NCBI GenBank assembly: GCA_026936335.1
Contig: JAPMXV010000010.1
Coordinates: 62,001 to 126,000 of the forward strand
Length of the DNA: 64,000 nt
From: Mantamonas sphyraenae STR306
Lineage: Eukaryota > Protista > CRuMs
Direction of reading: 5' to 3'
The notes under the pieces are model-generated. The model had not been told where the DNA came from, made no database searches, and worked only from the letters and a program-made list of their open reading frames with translations. Position 1 is the stretch's first letter, and each line of letters starts with the position of its first letter. The position numbers were made by a program, and so were the translations under genes. Shown here in pieces: positions 35,415-48,349 of the stretch.

Positions 35415-38400
35415 TCATTTGGGGGCCACCTTGCCGTTCCGTCCTCGTCGCTTGCTTCCGCTGCTGTTGTCTTCCTTCTTGCCCCGCTTGCCGCTGCCTG
35501 TGCTGAGGGCACTCGACGTGCTTGCGTTGCTTGCGACCGAGCGGGTGCTGTTTGTGTTTGCTCCTGCGCGTGCAAGCCCTTTGTTCTTGCGTGTGGCACC
35601 CGTGGGAACCACGCCGTCCAGCTTTGCATCCGACGCCACGTTGGGCGGTGTTGCATCCTCGTCTGCACCGCCGCCTTCCTCCGCCTCCGAGTTGGCTGCG
35701 CTTCCTCGGCTGAACGTGCTCTTGATGCTCGACATGCTCCAGTTGCGTTCTCGCAAGTGTCCAAATCGCTTCTTCTTCACCGCACCAGCCTCGGGCGAGG
35801 ACGAATCATCCGACGCTCCTTCTGCGCCCAGCTGCACTGTTTCCGTGGCCCCTGCACCCGCCTGCTTTCGTCCCCCACTCTTTTTGGTGTTGCTGCTGCT
35901 GCCCTTCTTTCCACCATCTTTGCCATCTTTGCCATCTTTGCCTTCCTTGATGCCTCTGCGACGGATGCCTGGATCCGATTTGCGTGAGGCTCGTGATTGT
36001 TTGCCTTTGCCTTTTCCTCCCTTGCCGCTGCCACCGTTGCTACTGCCGCCTTCCTCATCCGCCTCCTCCTCTTCGTCCTCTGCACTGCTGCTTTTGGATG
36101 CGTTGGGAGTGGTGAACCTGCGCAGTCCCGACATGTTGAACCGGCTCTTTTTCCCGTCGCCACCTCCCTGGTCGCCCGTCTCATCGTCTCTCCATCTGCT
36201 TCCTCCAGGGCGAGATCATCACCACCCGCTCCCCCTTTACCTCCTTTGCCCTTATGTCCACTCTTGCTCTTGCGCAACGATCGTCCGGTGCCCGCTCCGG
36301 CGTCTCCTGATTCCTCTCCCTCCTCTGCGCCCCCGTCGGCATCCCACGCCTGCGGTCGTGTTTCCAACGAATTGCGTGAGCGTTCTGCGTGTGCACGCAC
36401 AGCGCCACGGTCCAGTTGGCTCACGTGGTGGCGGATTTCCGTGTCGTTGGTCATCAGCAGGTTGACGAGGAACTTTTGTGCCACCATGCGCACATTCTTG
36501 CCCTTCAGTGTGGCCATGGGCTTGGCCAGACCAGCCTTGTACAGGATGCGCCTGTTCTTGACCCGCGACGAAAGGTTCATCACAATCTTGGCCATGTTCA
36601 TGCGCACGTCCGGGTGCTTGCGCAGCGGCTTGAACCGCATCAAGTTGTAGATCATGCGAGGGCGAGCCGGATCGTCCAGGAAGTGGTCCAGGAAGATGAC
36701 GTCGCTTGCAAGCAGCTTCAACACAAGCGAGGCTACAACCAGTGTTTCGATGTCCTTGTGGTCTTTGTGCGCCTGCAGGATGGTCACCACACGCGTCACC
36801 AAATCCAACAGCAGGAACGTGTGGCGGTTGTCCTTGTCCTTGCCAATGAAGCCCACAATGGCGTACATCAGCTGCTGCAACACCTTTTCCTCCACGTCGC
36901 CGCCCAGCAGGTCGCCGCGGTCGAGCATCGACACAAGCGCCTTGGGGATGGCTTGTTCCTTGTACTCCATCAGAGTGGCCCTGTTTGTGTCGTTCTTGGC
37001 CACCAGATTGCGGATGACCAGGGCACAGGCTTCCATCACCTCGCCATCGCTGCAGTTGTTGCACACGCGAACCAGTGCATCCAGCGCTTCTGTGTTGGCC
37101 GCAATTTTCATCTGGTTCATCTCGTCCCAGGCCATCAGCGAGATGTTGTGGACTGCCTCGCGCACGTCCTCGATGGGCCACGTGTCGAGGTCGACGGCCA
37201 CGAGCCGCCGCAGCGTTTTGGTTTCCATGTTCTCGTACCAGCGCTTGGAAACCATGTAGATGCCCACCACCACCGGCACGAGACCAAAGGCATACACATA
37301 CAGGGGCCAATCGGTGCGTGTGGCAGCAATCACCACCATGAGGGACACCACAGAACCCCACATGGCGCCTGCCAACGAGGCACTCTTCAGGTGGTTGTAC
37401 CACGAACTGCTGCCGATGGCCGGCTGCAGGCGGATGTTGTACGACACAAGCGCACCCAACATGACCAGGGTGCAGATGACTGTGACGGTGGTCACATTGC
37501 TGAGCATGGTGGTGACGGCACACAGGAAGAGCGAGGCCATGACAAAGTAGATGTAGAACCGCGGCATGAAGCTCATCTTGGTGCTGCGTTCGTTCTTGGT
37601 CAGGGCGGCATTCAAGGCCAGTGGATAGATGACAAGGAGCATGAGGATGGCCACAATGACGTGGAACACGTGCACGGGGGTCCAGCAGGGAAAGTTGGGA
37701 TCACTGTCCAGGTGAATGGGCGCATTGTTCTGCGTCAGGTACGTACATGACATCATGGTGAAGTTCATCTTGCAGAACGGGATGAATGCAAGGTCCAACA
37801 GCAACACTGGCGCATACTTGAGGAAGCCCTCCCGTACGGTGGTTCGCCATTGCTCCTTGTTGCTCGTCGCCTCCTCCGTGCCTGCGCCACTGCCTTCCCC
37901 TTCGTTGCCTGCCGTCTTGCCACCCGTCCTTGCGTTTGCCTCCAGGTCCTCTTCGATGTCCAGCAGCTCGTCCTCACCATCCTTGTCTTCGTCGCCGTTG
38001 GAGTCGTTCGCTGCACGTTTTCTTTGCAAACATCCGAACAAACCGCCGGCGCTCTGCGACTTGCCGCCCCCCTCCTCGTCGTCTGCATCGTCATCATCGT
38101 CTGCATCGTCGTCTCCGGTCGCCTCCACCCTTCCTGGCTTTGCACGACGGCGTGATTGCTTTCCTGCGTCCTTGTGCTTGCCGTTTGCGGCGGACGTTGC
38201 AGAATGTGCCTCGGCTCCGTTCCGTTTTTTCCTCGGTTTGCGAGCCGGTTTCACAGCCACCGCCTGCACGTCGTCGTCCACAGGCGCACTCTCCGGCGCG
38301 CTCTCGTCAATGGTCACCGTGAGATCGTCATCGGTGGGCGTGTTGTCGTCATCGTCATCGTCGTCCTCGCTGTCGGTGTCGCTGTTCTCCTTGCGGCAGT

Positions 38401-38914
38401 TGGCCACCCACCACGCTTGCACGTCCGCGGCCGTCTGCCGTCTCCATGCATGGAATTTGGGGCCCAGCTCGTCCCAACGCAGGTAGGTGTACGTGGCACC
38501 CACAAGGATGTAAACGGCGTTGACCACCCAAAACAGACTGATCACAATGTCGCCCGTGACGTTGCTAAGGCCAAACGTTGAAATCGCCACAATTGCGGCC
38601 CGAGTGCGCGGGTCCACATTCCACGGAATACTGGGCAGAAAGGCAAAGGACGAAAGGGCAAAGAACTCATACACGAGACCGAGCAGGATGAGGGCGCGAT
38701 ACCTCTGAGCATTCCTTCTCTCCCGTTCCAGCTCCTCTTCCTCCTTGCCCTTGCGCGAATCTCGCTTGCCTCGCAGCTCCGCCACGTTGTGGTGCAACCT
38801 GTCCATGTCATCCTTCTTGAGTGTACGCAACCCCCAAAATAGCCAATACGACAAGAAGATGACGCTGAAGACAACCCCGACCACCGCGCCGACTTCTGTG
38901 TTGGAAAGAGCCAT
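35415..38914 (-). CDS. Multi-pass membrane protein with C-terminal armadillo-like repeats and a basic low-complexity tail; 1-nt indel near 36187
   Basis: About 9-10 hydrophobic segments, a C..L..DP...CW...H loop, and ARM-like helices (ACALVIRNLVAKNDTNR; AKIVMNLSSRVKNR). Confidence 0.7.
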
Positions 38915-39122
38915 CGCGAGTGTGTGGTGTGGTGATCTGTGCAATTGTTTGGTGGCATGTGCGAGCATGTTGACGCAGATGGACAATTCCTGTGTGACTC
39001 ACGCATGACTCCCCATGCACTTGGGAGTGATTCGGTCCTCTGGTCGACGTGGATGGGCGGATGGGCAGGGCGCCTGGAAGCCGCTCGGAGGCGGCCACAC
39101 CTTTCCCCTCATTTCCCAAATC

Positions 39123-41784
39123 ATGAAAACCTGGCTTCTGCTGGGAATGCTGCTTGCAGCATCCTGTGTTGTGGTGGCCACATCGGACGACTCCTCGGAT
39201 GTGTCCGACACCGATCGCGCGGTGTGAGTGTTGGCGTGTGTGTGGAACCCACCACCCGTTTTGCAGCACTGCCCTTTTTTTCGTCTTTTGCACCTTGCTG
39301 ACCGACGCAAATGTCCTCAACACAGGGTGCAACTGCTCCAAGCACACGCGCAACAAGTCCAAGAAGGCGTTTGTAAGTGGAGAGTACACGCAGAGTGTTG
39401 TGTCCACACAAGAGCGACGAAAATGTCCCACAAACTCACACGAAATTTGGGACGACAATCTGCAGCGCTCCCGATGCAGGAGGAAAGCGAAGCGAGCGAA
39501 GAGGTCAGCGGCTCGGACAGCGACGAGACTGACGCAAACGCAGACGAAGCCTCGGAGCAGGAGAACAACGACAGCAGCAGCTCGGATGACGAGCAGGTTG
39601 CCGATTTCTGGGGTTCCTCTGCCGGCCGACGCCGCTACATCCCGCGTCGTACATACAGGTACAGGCCCCGTCGCACATACAGGCCCCGTCGTACATACAG
39701 GGCACCTCGTCGCACGTACAGGCCCCGTCGTCGCACGTACACCCCGCGTCGTCGCACGTACACCCCTCGTCGTCGCACGTACACCCCGCGTCGTCGCACG
39801 TACACCCCGCGTCGTCGTACATACACCCCGCGTCGTCGTACATACACCCCGCGTCGTCGTACATACACCCCGCGTCGTCGTACGTACACCCCGCGTCGTC
39901 GCACGTACACCCCTCGTCGTCGCACGTACACCCCTCGTCGTCGCACGACCACCCCGCGTCGTCGCACGTACACCCCGCGTCGTCGCACGTACACCCCGCG
40001 TCGTCGCACCTCGACGACCAAGAGGAGCTCGCTGTGGGGCCGCAAGAGCAGCACCACGCGTCGTCCCTCCACACGCAAGACAACTCGTCGCACCTCGACG
40101 ACCAAGAGGAGTTCGCTGTGGGGCCGCAAGAGCAGCACCACGCGTCGTCCCTCCACACGCAAGACAACTCGTCGCACCTCGACGACCAAGAGGAGTTCGC
40201 TGTGGGGCCGCAAGAGCAGCACCACGCGTCGTCCCTCTACGCGTAAGACAACTCGTCGCACCTCGACGACCAAGAAGAGCTCTCTGTGGGGCCGCAAGAG
40301 CGGATCCAGCAGGAAGTCTTCGTCTTCGACCAAGAAGAGCTCTCTGTGGGGCCGCAAGAGCGGATCCAGCAGGAAGTCTTCGTCTTCGACCAAGAAGAGC
40401 TCGCTGTGGGGCCGCAAGAGCGGATCCAGCAGGAAATCTTCGTCGTCGACCAAGAAGAGCTCGCTGTGGGGCCGCAAGAGCGGATCCAGCAAGAAGTCTT
40501 CGTCTTCGACCAAGAAGGGTGGCCTTTGGGGCCGCAAGAGCGGATCCAGCAAGAAGTCTTCGTCTTCGACCAAGAAGAGCTCGCTGTGGGGCCGCAAGAG
40601 CGGTTCGAAGAAGGACAGCAAGAGCGGCAAGAAGGGCGGCCTTTGGGGTCGCAAGAGCGGTTCGAAGAAGGACAGCAAGAGCGGCAAGAAGGGCGGCCTT
40701 TGGGGTCGCAAGGACAAGAAGGACGGAAAGAACGGCAAGAAGAGCGGCAAGAAGGGCGGGCTTCTGGGGTCGCAAGGACAAGAAGGATGACAAGAAGGAC
40801 GGCAAGAAGAGCGGCAAGAAGGGTGGCTTCTGGGGTCGCAAGGACAAGAAGGATGACAAGAAGGACGGCAAGAAGAACGGCAAGAAGGGCGGCTTCTGGG
40901 GCAACAAAGACGACAAGAAGGGTGGCGATGACCGTCGCCCGGGACAAGATGGCCCCCCTGGCCAAGATGGACCTGGTGGTGAGGGTGGAGACGGCGGAGG
41001 CATTGGTGGCTTGCTGGAGAAGCTCGGTGGCATGTTTGGCGGCGGAGGCGGTGGTGAAGGAGGAGGAGGCGGTGGTGAACCCCCTCAGCAGCCGGAGCCC
41101 CCTCAACAGCCGGAGCCCCCTCAACAACCGGAGCCCCCTCAACAACCGGAGCCCCCTCAACAGCCGCAGCCCGAGCCTGAGCCCCCTCAACAGCCGCAGC
41201 CCGAGCCTGAGCCCGAGCCTGAGCCTGAGAAGCCGCAGGATGACAGCAACACGGATTACACCAAGCTGGAGCCGATCATCCCGAACACATTTGGCACCAA
41301 GGCCCTCTCGCAGGCGGGTCTCCGGCGCAGGATGGGCGACCCGGGACCTCTGACCCAGGATTGCGCAAACAGCCGCATGAACAACCAAAAGCTGATCAGC
41401 AAGATGGTTGATGTGAGCATTGGACATCTGTCCTTCACCGGAGCCAAGCCGTTCACCGACCGCCTGCTGCGTGGTCTGGAGGAGGTGCGTGAACGCTATC
41501 CGGCACTCTTCCAACAGCTCAGCTCCGCTGGTCTGGTCTGCATGCGTGCCGTGCGTGGCTCCACAACCGCCTTTAGCACCCATGCGTTTGGTGCCGCCGT
41601 CGATTTTAAGATCAACGGCAAGCTTGACCCGCGCCGCGACGCCAAGGCCCAGCACGGTCTCAACCTGATGGCGCCCATTTTCGCTCGCCAAGGTCTCCAC
41701 TGGGGAGGTTGGTACTCGCCGCAGTACGAGGACGCCATGCACTTTGAGCTGTCCAACCAGTACGCCGGTGAGCTCGCCGCGTAA
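39123..41784 (+). CDS. Secreted Arg/Lys-rich repeat protein with a C-terminal peptidase M15 (D-Ala-D-Ala carboxypeptidase / L-Ala-D-Glu peptidase-like) domain; intron 39222-39479, 1-nt indel near 40759
   Basis: Signal peptide MKTWLLLGMLLAASCVVVA, acidic pro-segment, tandem repeats, then R..RGS....STHAFGAAVD...GLHWGGWY...DAMHFEL. Confidence 0.82.
39640..41225 (+). repeat. Coding tandem arrays: 21-bp (TYTPRRR), 81-bp x3, 60-bp x5, WGRK units, 18-bp PQQPEP
   Basis: Seen directly in DNA and translation. Confidence 0.92.
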
Positions 41785-41970
41785 AAAGGCGTGACATGAC
41801 AACTGGAGCGTCTGGCGCTGCACCTCGGGCTGCCAGCACGACCAGGAGAACAAAACAAGATTAGCTCTCTCACCCAACAACAAGAACCTTGGCTCCCTCA
41901 TCTCCCCCCCCCGCTTGTGGACCAACGGACAGAATGTGTTTGTTCTTGGAATCGCACCTGCCTCGCCTGA

Positions 41971-44900
41971 TCACTCGATCTGGGCTTCCAGTTCCTTGGT
42001 GACCTTCTTGGCGGCCTTTGTGGCCTTCTTGGCCTTGTTGGCAGCCATCTTGGCCTTGTCGGATGCCTTGTCAGCCTCACGGTTCATGTTGGGCTTGTTC
42101 TTGGCCTCCTCCTCGTCCAGGACCTCGCCCAGCTTCTTGAGCGCGCGCTGTCCTACTTCGGTCACCTCGGCCAGCTGGTCAGCCAGCTCGGCGGGGCTGA
42201 AGCGAGCACGCACGCTGTCGGCCTTGAAGAGGTTGGTGAGCTTCTTGGTCAGATCGCCAAAGCGGCTGGCGGCGTCGCCAACCATGTCAGCCTTGTCGCT
42301 GAACTGCACATCGGGATCCTGCAGGCGCTCGATCAGCTCAGTCACAGACTCCACGCTGAACATGGAGTGGATGCGACGGGTGAGCTTGGAGGCGGCGAGC
42401 ACGTCCTTGCTCTCCTTGGCGGCGTTCTTGGCCTTGGCCTCGACGAGGGCGCTGTCCAGGGCACGCAGTGCCTGGGAACCCAGCTGGGTGATCATGTCGA
42501 GCTGCTGGGACACCGACTCGACGGGGAATCCCTCGCGGATGACCTTGGAGCCGAGCACAGAGTCGAGCTGCGTGCGCAGGTTGCCGTACTGCTGGCTGAT
42601 GGTGCGCACCAGGGATGCCTTCTTGTCAAAGGAAACCGAGTGGTCCGTGCTGATGGTCTTGATCATGTTGTCCACAATCGTCTGGTCAAACAGCTGCTTG
42701 ATCTGGGCCGTCAGCTTGCGAGCAAGCGTGACCTCGGGGCTCTTCTCCAGCGCCTGGGCCTTCTTCTGGGCTTCGGCCTCGACGGCCTTCTGCTTGGCAA
42801 CCAGCGACTTGAGACGCTGCAGCACCTGCGTGCCAGCGGTAGACAGAGACGCCAGCTGGGCCTTCTTGTCCTCGGGCTTGAAGAGCTTGGAGAGCATGGG
42901 GCCGTCCAGCAGCTTGGTGAGCTCGGCCATCTGGGTGGTGAACTCCTTCTCCACGTCGGCAACCATCTTGTCGTTGTCGGCGGGCGAAGACTCACCCATG
43001 CTCTTCTCCACCTTGGCGACGGTGGCGGGAGCAAAGAGGGAGCGGACGCCCTGGATCAGGTCCTGGGCGCGTGCGTACTCGTCGCTGTCCTTGATCTTGG
43101 CCAGCTCCTCCTGCTGCTCCATCTGCATCACGTGGCGAGCCTCGGCACTCTTGAAAGCCTGCTCGAGCTGGTCAAAGTACGACTTGCCCTGTGCCTCCGT
43201 GTTTGCAATCATCTGCTTGGACTGCTCCGGGGTGAACACCTTTTGCATGACAGGGTCCTCCAGAATGTCCTTGAGCTGGTTCAGCAGACCGGCAAACTTC
43301 TGGTCCTCCTTGGAGAACGCCTGCGACAGCAGGTCACCGTTGAAGGAGCCGTCCTTGCCGTGGGCCTGCTTGATCAGGGCAACCATGTTCTTGCCCTCAA
43401 ACAGCTGGCGCAGCTGGGCAATGATGCCCTTGACCTTGTCGGCACCCTGCTGGGCGGCCTTGAGGTCCTCTGCGTTCTGCTTGGCAACCTCCTGTTGCAT
43501 GCGAGCCTCCTCGTCGGGGTTCAGGAAGTCGTTGCCCTTGCTCTTGCCTCCGAGAAGGCCTCCCAGCAGGTTGGCAGCACCCATCACGGCGTCCATGAAG
43601 CCACCAAAGCCGGAAGAGCCGTTGGCGCCCGACTGGAAGATGCCGCGCACCTTGGAGCGGCCCTGCGAGCCAAACAGCGAGCTGCGAGTGGTCTTGCGGA
43701 TGTTGCGGCCCTTGAACAGGTTGCGGAACAGACCACCCTTCTTCTTCTTGGAAGAGGTCTTCTTGTTACCAGCCTTCTTGCTGCCCCAGAAGGTGCTCTT
43801 GCGACGCGGGCGGCGGCGGGGAGTGGGCACCTTGCGGCCCTTGCGTCCCTTGCGTCCCTTGCGGGTAGGGCGACGGCGGGGGGTGGGCACACTGCGACCC
43901 TTGCGGCCCTTGCGTCCCTTGCGGGTAGGGCGACGGCGGGGGGTGGGCACACGGCGACCCTTGCGGCCCTTGCGTCCCTTGCGGGTAGGGCGACGGCGGG
44001 GGGTGGGCACACGGCGACCCTTGCGGCCCTTGCGTCCCTTGCGGGTAGGGCGACGGCGCGGGGTGGGCACACGGCGACCCTTGCGACCCTTACGGGTAGG
44101 GCGACGGCGCGGGGTGCGCGGCTTGCGGGTGGGGCGGCGGCGCGGGGTGCGAGGCTTGCGGGTAGGGCGGCGGCGCGGGGTGCGCGGCTTGCGGGTCTTG
44201 CGAGCCTTGCGGGTAAGCTTGGCGGCACGCGCGCGAGCACGAGCAGCCTTTGCAGCACGGGCGCGAGCCTTGTAGGCAGCACGACGAGCAGCGGCGCGAG
44301 CACGAGCAGCCTTGGCAGCGCGAGCGCGAGCCTTGGCAGCAGCACGAGCGGCGCGAGCCTTGGCAGCACGGGCCTTGGCAGCAGCACGAGCAGCCTTGGC
44401 GGCACGAGCACGAGCCTTGGCAGCAGCACGGGCACGGGCAGCCTTGGCAGCACGAGCACGAGCAGCAGCGGCAGCACGCGCGCGAGCACGGGCGGCCTTG
44501 GCGGCAGCGGCGCGAGCACGAGCCTTGGCGGCAGCAGCAGCACGAGCACGAGCAGCAGCGGCACGACGGGCAGCGGCAGCACGAGCACGAGCAGCAGCAG
44601 CGGCACGCGCACGAGCAGCGGCGGCAGCGCGAGCACGAGCGGCAGCAGCAGCGCGAGCACGAGCAGCAGCACGAGCACGAGCGGCAGCGGCGGCACGAGC
44701 ACGAGCAGCGGCGGCAGCACGAGCACGAGCAGCAGCGGCAGCACGAGCACGAGCAGCAGCGGCAGCACGAGCACGAGCACGAGCAGCAGCGGCAGCACGA
44801 GCACGAGCAGCGGCGGCGGCACGAGCACGAGCAGCGGCACGAGCACGAGCAGCAGCGGCGGCACGAGCACGAGCAGCGGCGGCAGCACGAGCACGAGCGG

Positions 44901-45578
44901 CAGCAGCACGACGGGCAGCAGCAGCGCGAGCACGGGCGGCAGCAGCAGCACGAGCACGAGCAGCGGCGGCAGCACGGCGACGTGCAGCGGCACGGCGTGC
45001 AGCAGCATAGTTGTAGCGACGGCGAGGACGATAACGACGACGGCGGCCCCATCGTTCACGGTTGGTGTCACGCACCTCCGTCGTACCCTAAACGCAGTGT
45101 CTGTGTGTGAGCGTTCCACTTCCGCGTCTTCTCGAAAAATGTAAAACCCGCCGCTCTTTTCGGCTCCTACAACACTCACCTGGTCCATCATCTCCTCATC
45201 ATCGCTGCTCTCGCTGGCGTCACCATCGCTGCTCTCCTCCGACTCTTCCTGGGCGTCCTGCACAGCCTCGACCTGCGAGGGGGGGACAGAAATGGGGCCT
45301 GTGTCAGAAAAAAAAAGGGGGCATTGAGAAAAACACACACCTCCTCCACGGTTGTTGCACGCGTGTACGCCGGTGTACAACGCATAAATGTCACACCATC
45401 ACCATCGCACAATGCATTCCTTGCAATCGCAATAAATTGTGTGACGTACCTCATCCGCAGGGAACGCAGCCTCGGTCGGCTGAGCCCACTCGTCCGAGTC
45501 GCTCGAGGCAGTGGCAAATGCAGTGGCAAAGCACAGCAGGCACGCCAGAGCCAAGAATGATTTGGTATAGGTTCTCAT
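41971..45578 (-). CDS. Secreted Ala/Arg-rich polycationic repeat protein with a helical C-terminal domain; exons 45578-45450, 45273-45180, 45087-41971
   Basis: Signal peptide MRTYTKSFLALACLLCFATAFA, acidic exon 2, (AAAARAR)n, 60-bp VPTPRRRPTRKGRKGRKGR repeats, then repeated amphipathic helices. Confidence 0.78.
43810..45005 (-). repeat. Coding 60-bp and Ala/Arg low-complexity tandem repeats
   Basis: Seen directly. Confidence 0.9.
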
Positions 45579-45669
45579 TCTTTCCCGTGATCGAGTTGGG
45601 AAAAGTGTTTGGGTTTTTTGAAAAGGTGTGGCGCTGGGATCGCATCACCGAGCATCGTTACACACCTCC

Positions 45670-45694
45670 ACACACAGACACAGACACAGACACA

Positions 45695-45731
<37 letters not shown>
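45670..45731. repeat. (CACAGA)n/(CA)n microsatellite in a divergent intergenic region
   Basis: Seen directly. Confidence 0.95.
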
Positions 45732-45734
<3 letters not shown>

Positions 45735-45795
45735 CTTTGGGAATTCATGGCGATATGCTCGGGATCGCGCCGGGTCAGCCAACGAATTCTCGACA

Positions 45796-46597
45796 ATGGA
45801 CACCAAAGCAAGGTTGGAGAAACTGAACCTGACGGATGAGGTGGGTGGGTGCCCTGCACAAATTGCCCAGGCCAGCAGGCCACAGCGCACATTTGCTGAC
45901 ACGGTGAGCGCCATACACAGGAGGCCACACAATTCACAAAGGCGTTCCAGGACGAAGGGTTCTTGAACCTGTTTACGGAGTACCTTCAGGAAATCCGTGA
46001 TCCTGAGGTGTTGGCACAGCGTGAGCGCGAGCTGGATGCCATGGAACAGGGGGAGTACGATGAATACCTGCGCAACGCAAACGTGGACCTCATCACTCCC
46101 GACGAGGGTGTGTGCCTGAAAACCATGGAGGAAGGGACCAACGCAAAGGTGTTTGTTAACTTGTGCCGCTCCGACCGCATTGCACGCGCCTTTGTCGACA
46201 AAGAGGCGAGCAGTGACGAAAAAGGCCAGTCTTGGAAGGTGCCATACACGGTGGCGCCGTTGAAACACGTCAAGGACGCCGGTAAGGCCAGCCGTTTGTG
46301 ATCGTTGGCGCGCAGCCGTTTCCGCGCCCCAACCCACGCACTCACACACGCCATCATGCCATAGCCGGTGTCAACTGCATGTGCTTCGATGCCGTGTTTC
46401 ACCCAGACACGCTTGCACGTGGCCTGATCAGCGAGGCCTTCTTCGACATGCTGGTCAGCACTGCGTTTGATGGAATCCGCCAACGCTTCAGCGTCGTGCT
46501 GCCGCAGAACGCATACAAGAAACTGAAGAATGTATATTACAAAGGACAGCGCACGCGTATTCCCGTGCGCCGTGAGAACAAAGATGCGGGGAGCAGT

Positions 46598-46629
<32 letters not shown>

Positions 46630-47515
46630 CAAGAACAGCGAACGGAAGCAGGCTGATCCACCCAAGCCGAAGCCGAGGGTGCGGATTGAAGAGGTGGAGG
46701 AGAAGGAGGAGGCAGTCGACGCCAGGCTGCCCAAGTACACCATTCTGTACCGTGGAGGGGGCATCGACATGTCCGAACACATGTTGAGCACACGGGAAGT
46801 GAACAACCGGCCGAGCGAGCTTGTGGTGAACATTGAGTTACCACGCATGCAACGGGCCTCCCAGGCAGATCTGCAAGTCACGGAAAATCAATTGGTATTG
46901 ACCAGTGAGGCTGCAGACTACCAGCTGGACCTGAAGCTGCCCTACGAGGTGGATGACGAGGCCGGGAGCGCAAAGTTTGACAAGAAGAAGCGTGTGATGA
47001 GCGTCACGCTTCCGGTAAGGAAGCAAGTGCAAGCCCCGCAGCCGTTTGTGGAGCCCCGTTTGAGCCCGGAGGAGCTGGAGTTGCAGGAGGAGGAAGCACG
47101 CCTCGAAGAGGAGAAGCGCAAGCGCAAGGAGGCAGAACGCGAACGTGCACGCCTGGTCGAACAGCGCTTGCACGACAAGCGTGCAGGTGTGCATGCACCT
47201 GGTGAGGATAGCGACGACGAGGGGGATGACGAGGACGAGGAGGACGAGGAGGAGACCGCCGAGGAAGCCACACACACTGTGGGGACACATCCGCTCGTGC
47301 GCGATGCAGACGACAAGGCAGCCCCCAGACGTGCAGGAAAGGAAGCAGTGGACGAAAGTGAAGTACGGGAAGAGAGCGGAAAACAAGAGGAGGCAGCGCA
47401 GGAAGGTCAGGCAGGACGCAAGAAGAAGACAACCCAGCCAAAAGTGCGTGCACAGACCAGCAGGAAGGTGGAGAGTGCTGCACGTACCGCAGAGCTCGTC
47501 TTTGAGCTCGATTGA
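45796..47515 (+). CDS. DNAAF2: Kintoun/PF13 dynein assembly factor (PIH1 + CS domains), three exons
   Basis: LFTEYLQEIRDP, KVFVNLC, GQSWKVPY, FDAVFHPDTL, RPSELVVNIELP and LDLKLPYEVD...GSAKFDK. Confidence 0.83.
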
Positions 47516-47571
47516 AATCACATGTCGTTTGGTCCAGTCTCATTTTGATTTGCTGTGTCTCTGTGCCAGGC

Positions 47572-48039
47572 TCAATCGTCCAGCTCCGCGCGGAAATTAT
47601 CAATCGGCGGCGACTCGGACGCAGGGAATCGGTGCAGTGGGATCAGCGATTCGTCGATTTGCAGCGCCTTTGCACGCAGCTCCTCATCGTCGATGGCGTT
47701 GATGGCTGCCCACTTCAGCCCCAGGCGAATAGACTCTTCCTTGGCTGCATGTTGGTGCGCCTGCATTCTTTTCTGTACATACTGGCGGGCAGTCACCTCT
47801 GCCTCCTCGTCCACCACCGGCTCCGGTGAGACACCCTCTTCCTCAAACTGGGGTTTCATGGCGTTGAGCATGGCGTTGATCTTCGCCTGCTTGCCGGCGT
47901 TGAAGTCCATGCCCGGTTCTGGGCCTGCCGTCGCGCCCTTCTTGGACTTGGCTGCGGCAGCAGAGCCCATGGTACGGGTGCTGTACATCTCCATCGATGT
48001 CTGCAGAGCCGTTGTGGTGACAATCCGCCTCTGGAACAT
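47572..48039 (-). CDS. Probable mitochondrial ribosomal protein mL40-like
   Basis: Arg/Thr-rich presequence-like start and a C-terminal ELRAKAL..D...IP...P..SPP pattern; the family call rests on recalled similarity only. Confidence 0.5.
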   Translation of the reverse strand: MFQRRIVTTTALQTSMEMYSTRTMGSAAAAKSKKGATAGPEPGMDFNAGKQAKINAMLNAMKPQFEEEGVSPEPVVDEEAEVTARQYVQKRMQAHQHAAKEESIRLGLKWAAINAIDDEELRAKALQIDESLIPLHRFPASESPPIDNFRAELDD

Positions 48040-48349
48040 TGTTGTTGGATTGCGTTGGCTCCAACGGGGTTTCATCCTGCGTGCGCACACCACATCTGCC
48101 CCTACTCCATCCACGACCCACATCTACCATGTCTGCTATGTCCACGCTTTTCGCTTTATGCTTGATATGTACACCTCGTCCTCCCAACACTCTCGCCGTC
48201 GACGCCACTCGTTCACCACGCACTCATCTGCGGGCCTACGCGTGTCTAGGTCCTCACAGACGCACACACTCACTCACACGCACGCGTGCGCCCAAGTGAA
48301 ATGCTGCTGCCACTGCTGCCACGCTGTTTGGCTGGGCCACCCTCGTCGT

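Noticed and set aside
39640-40900. CRISPR-like repeat array
   Set aside because: The repeats are contiguous, in frame, multiples of 3 and lack unique spacers; they are coding tandem repeats.
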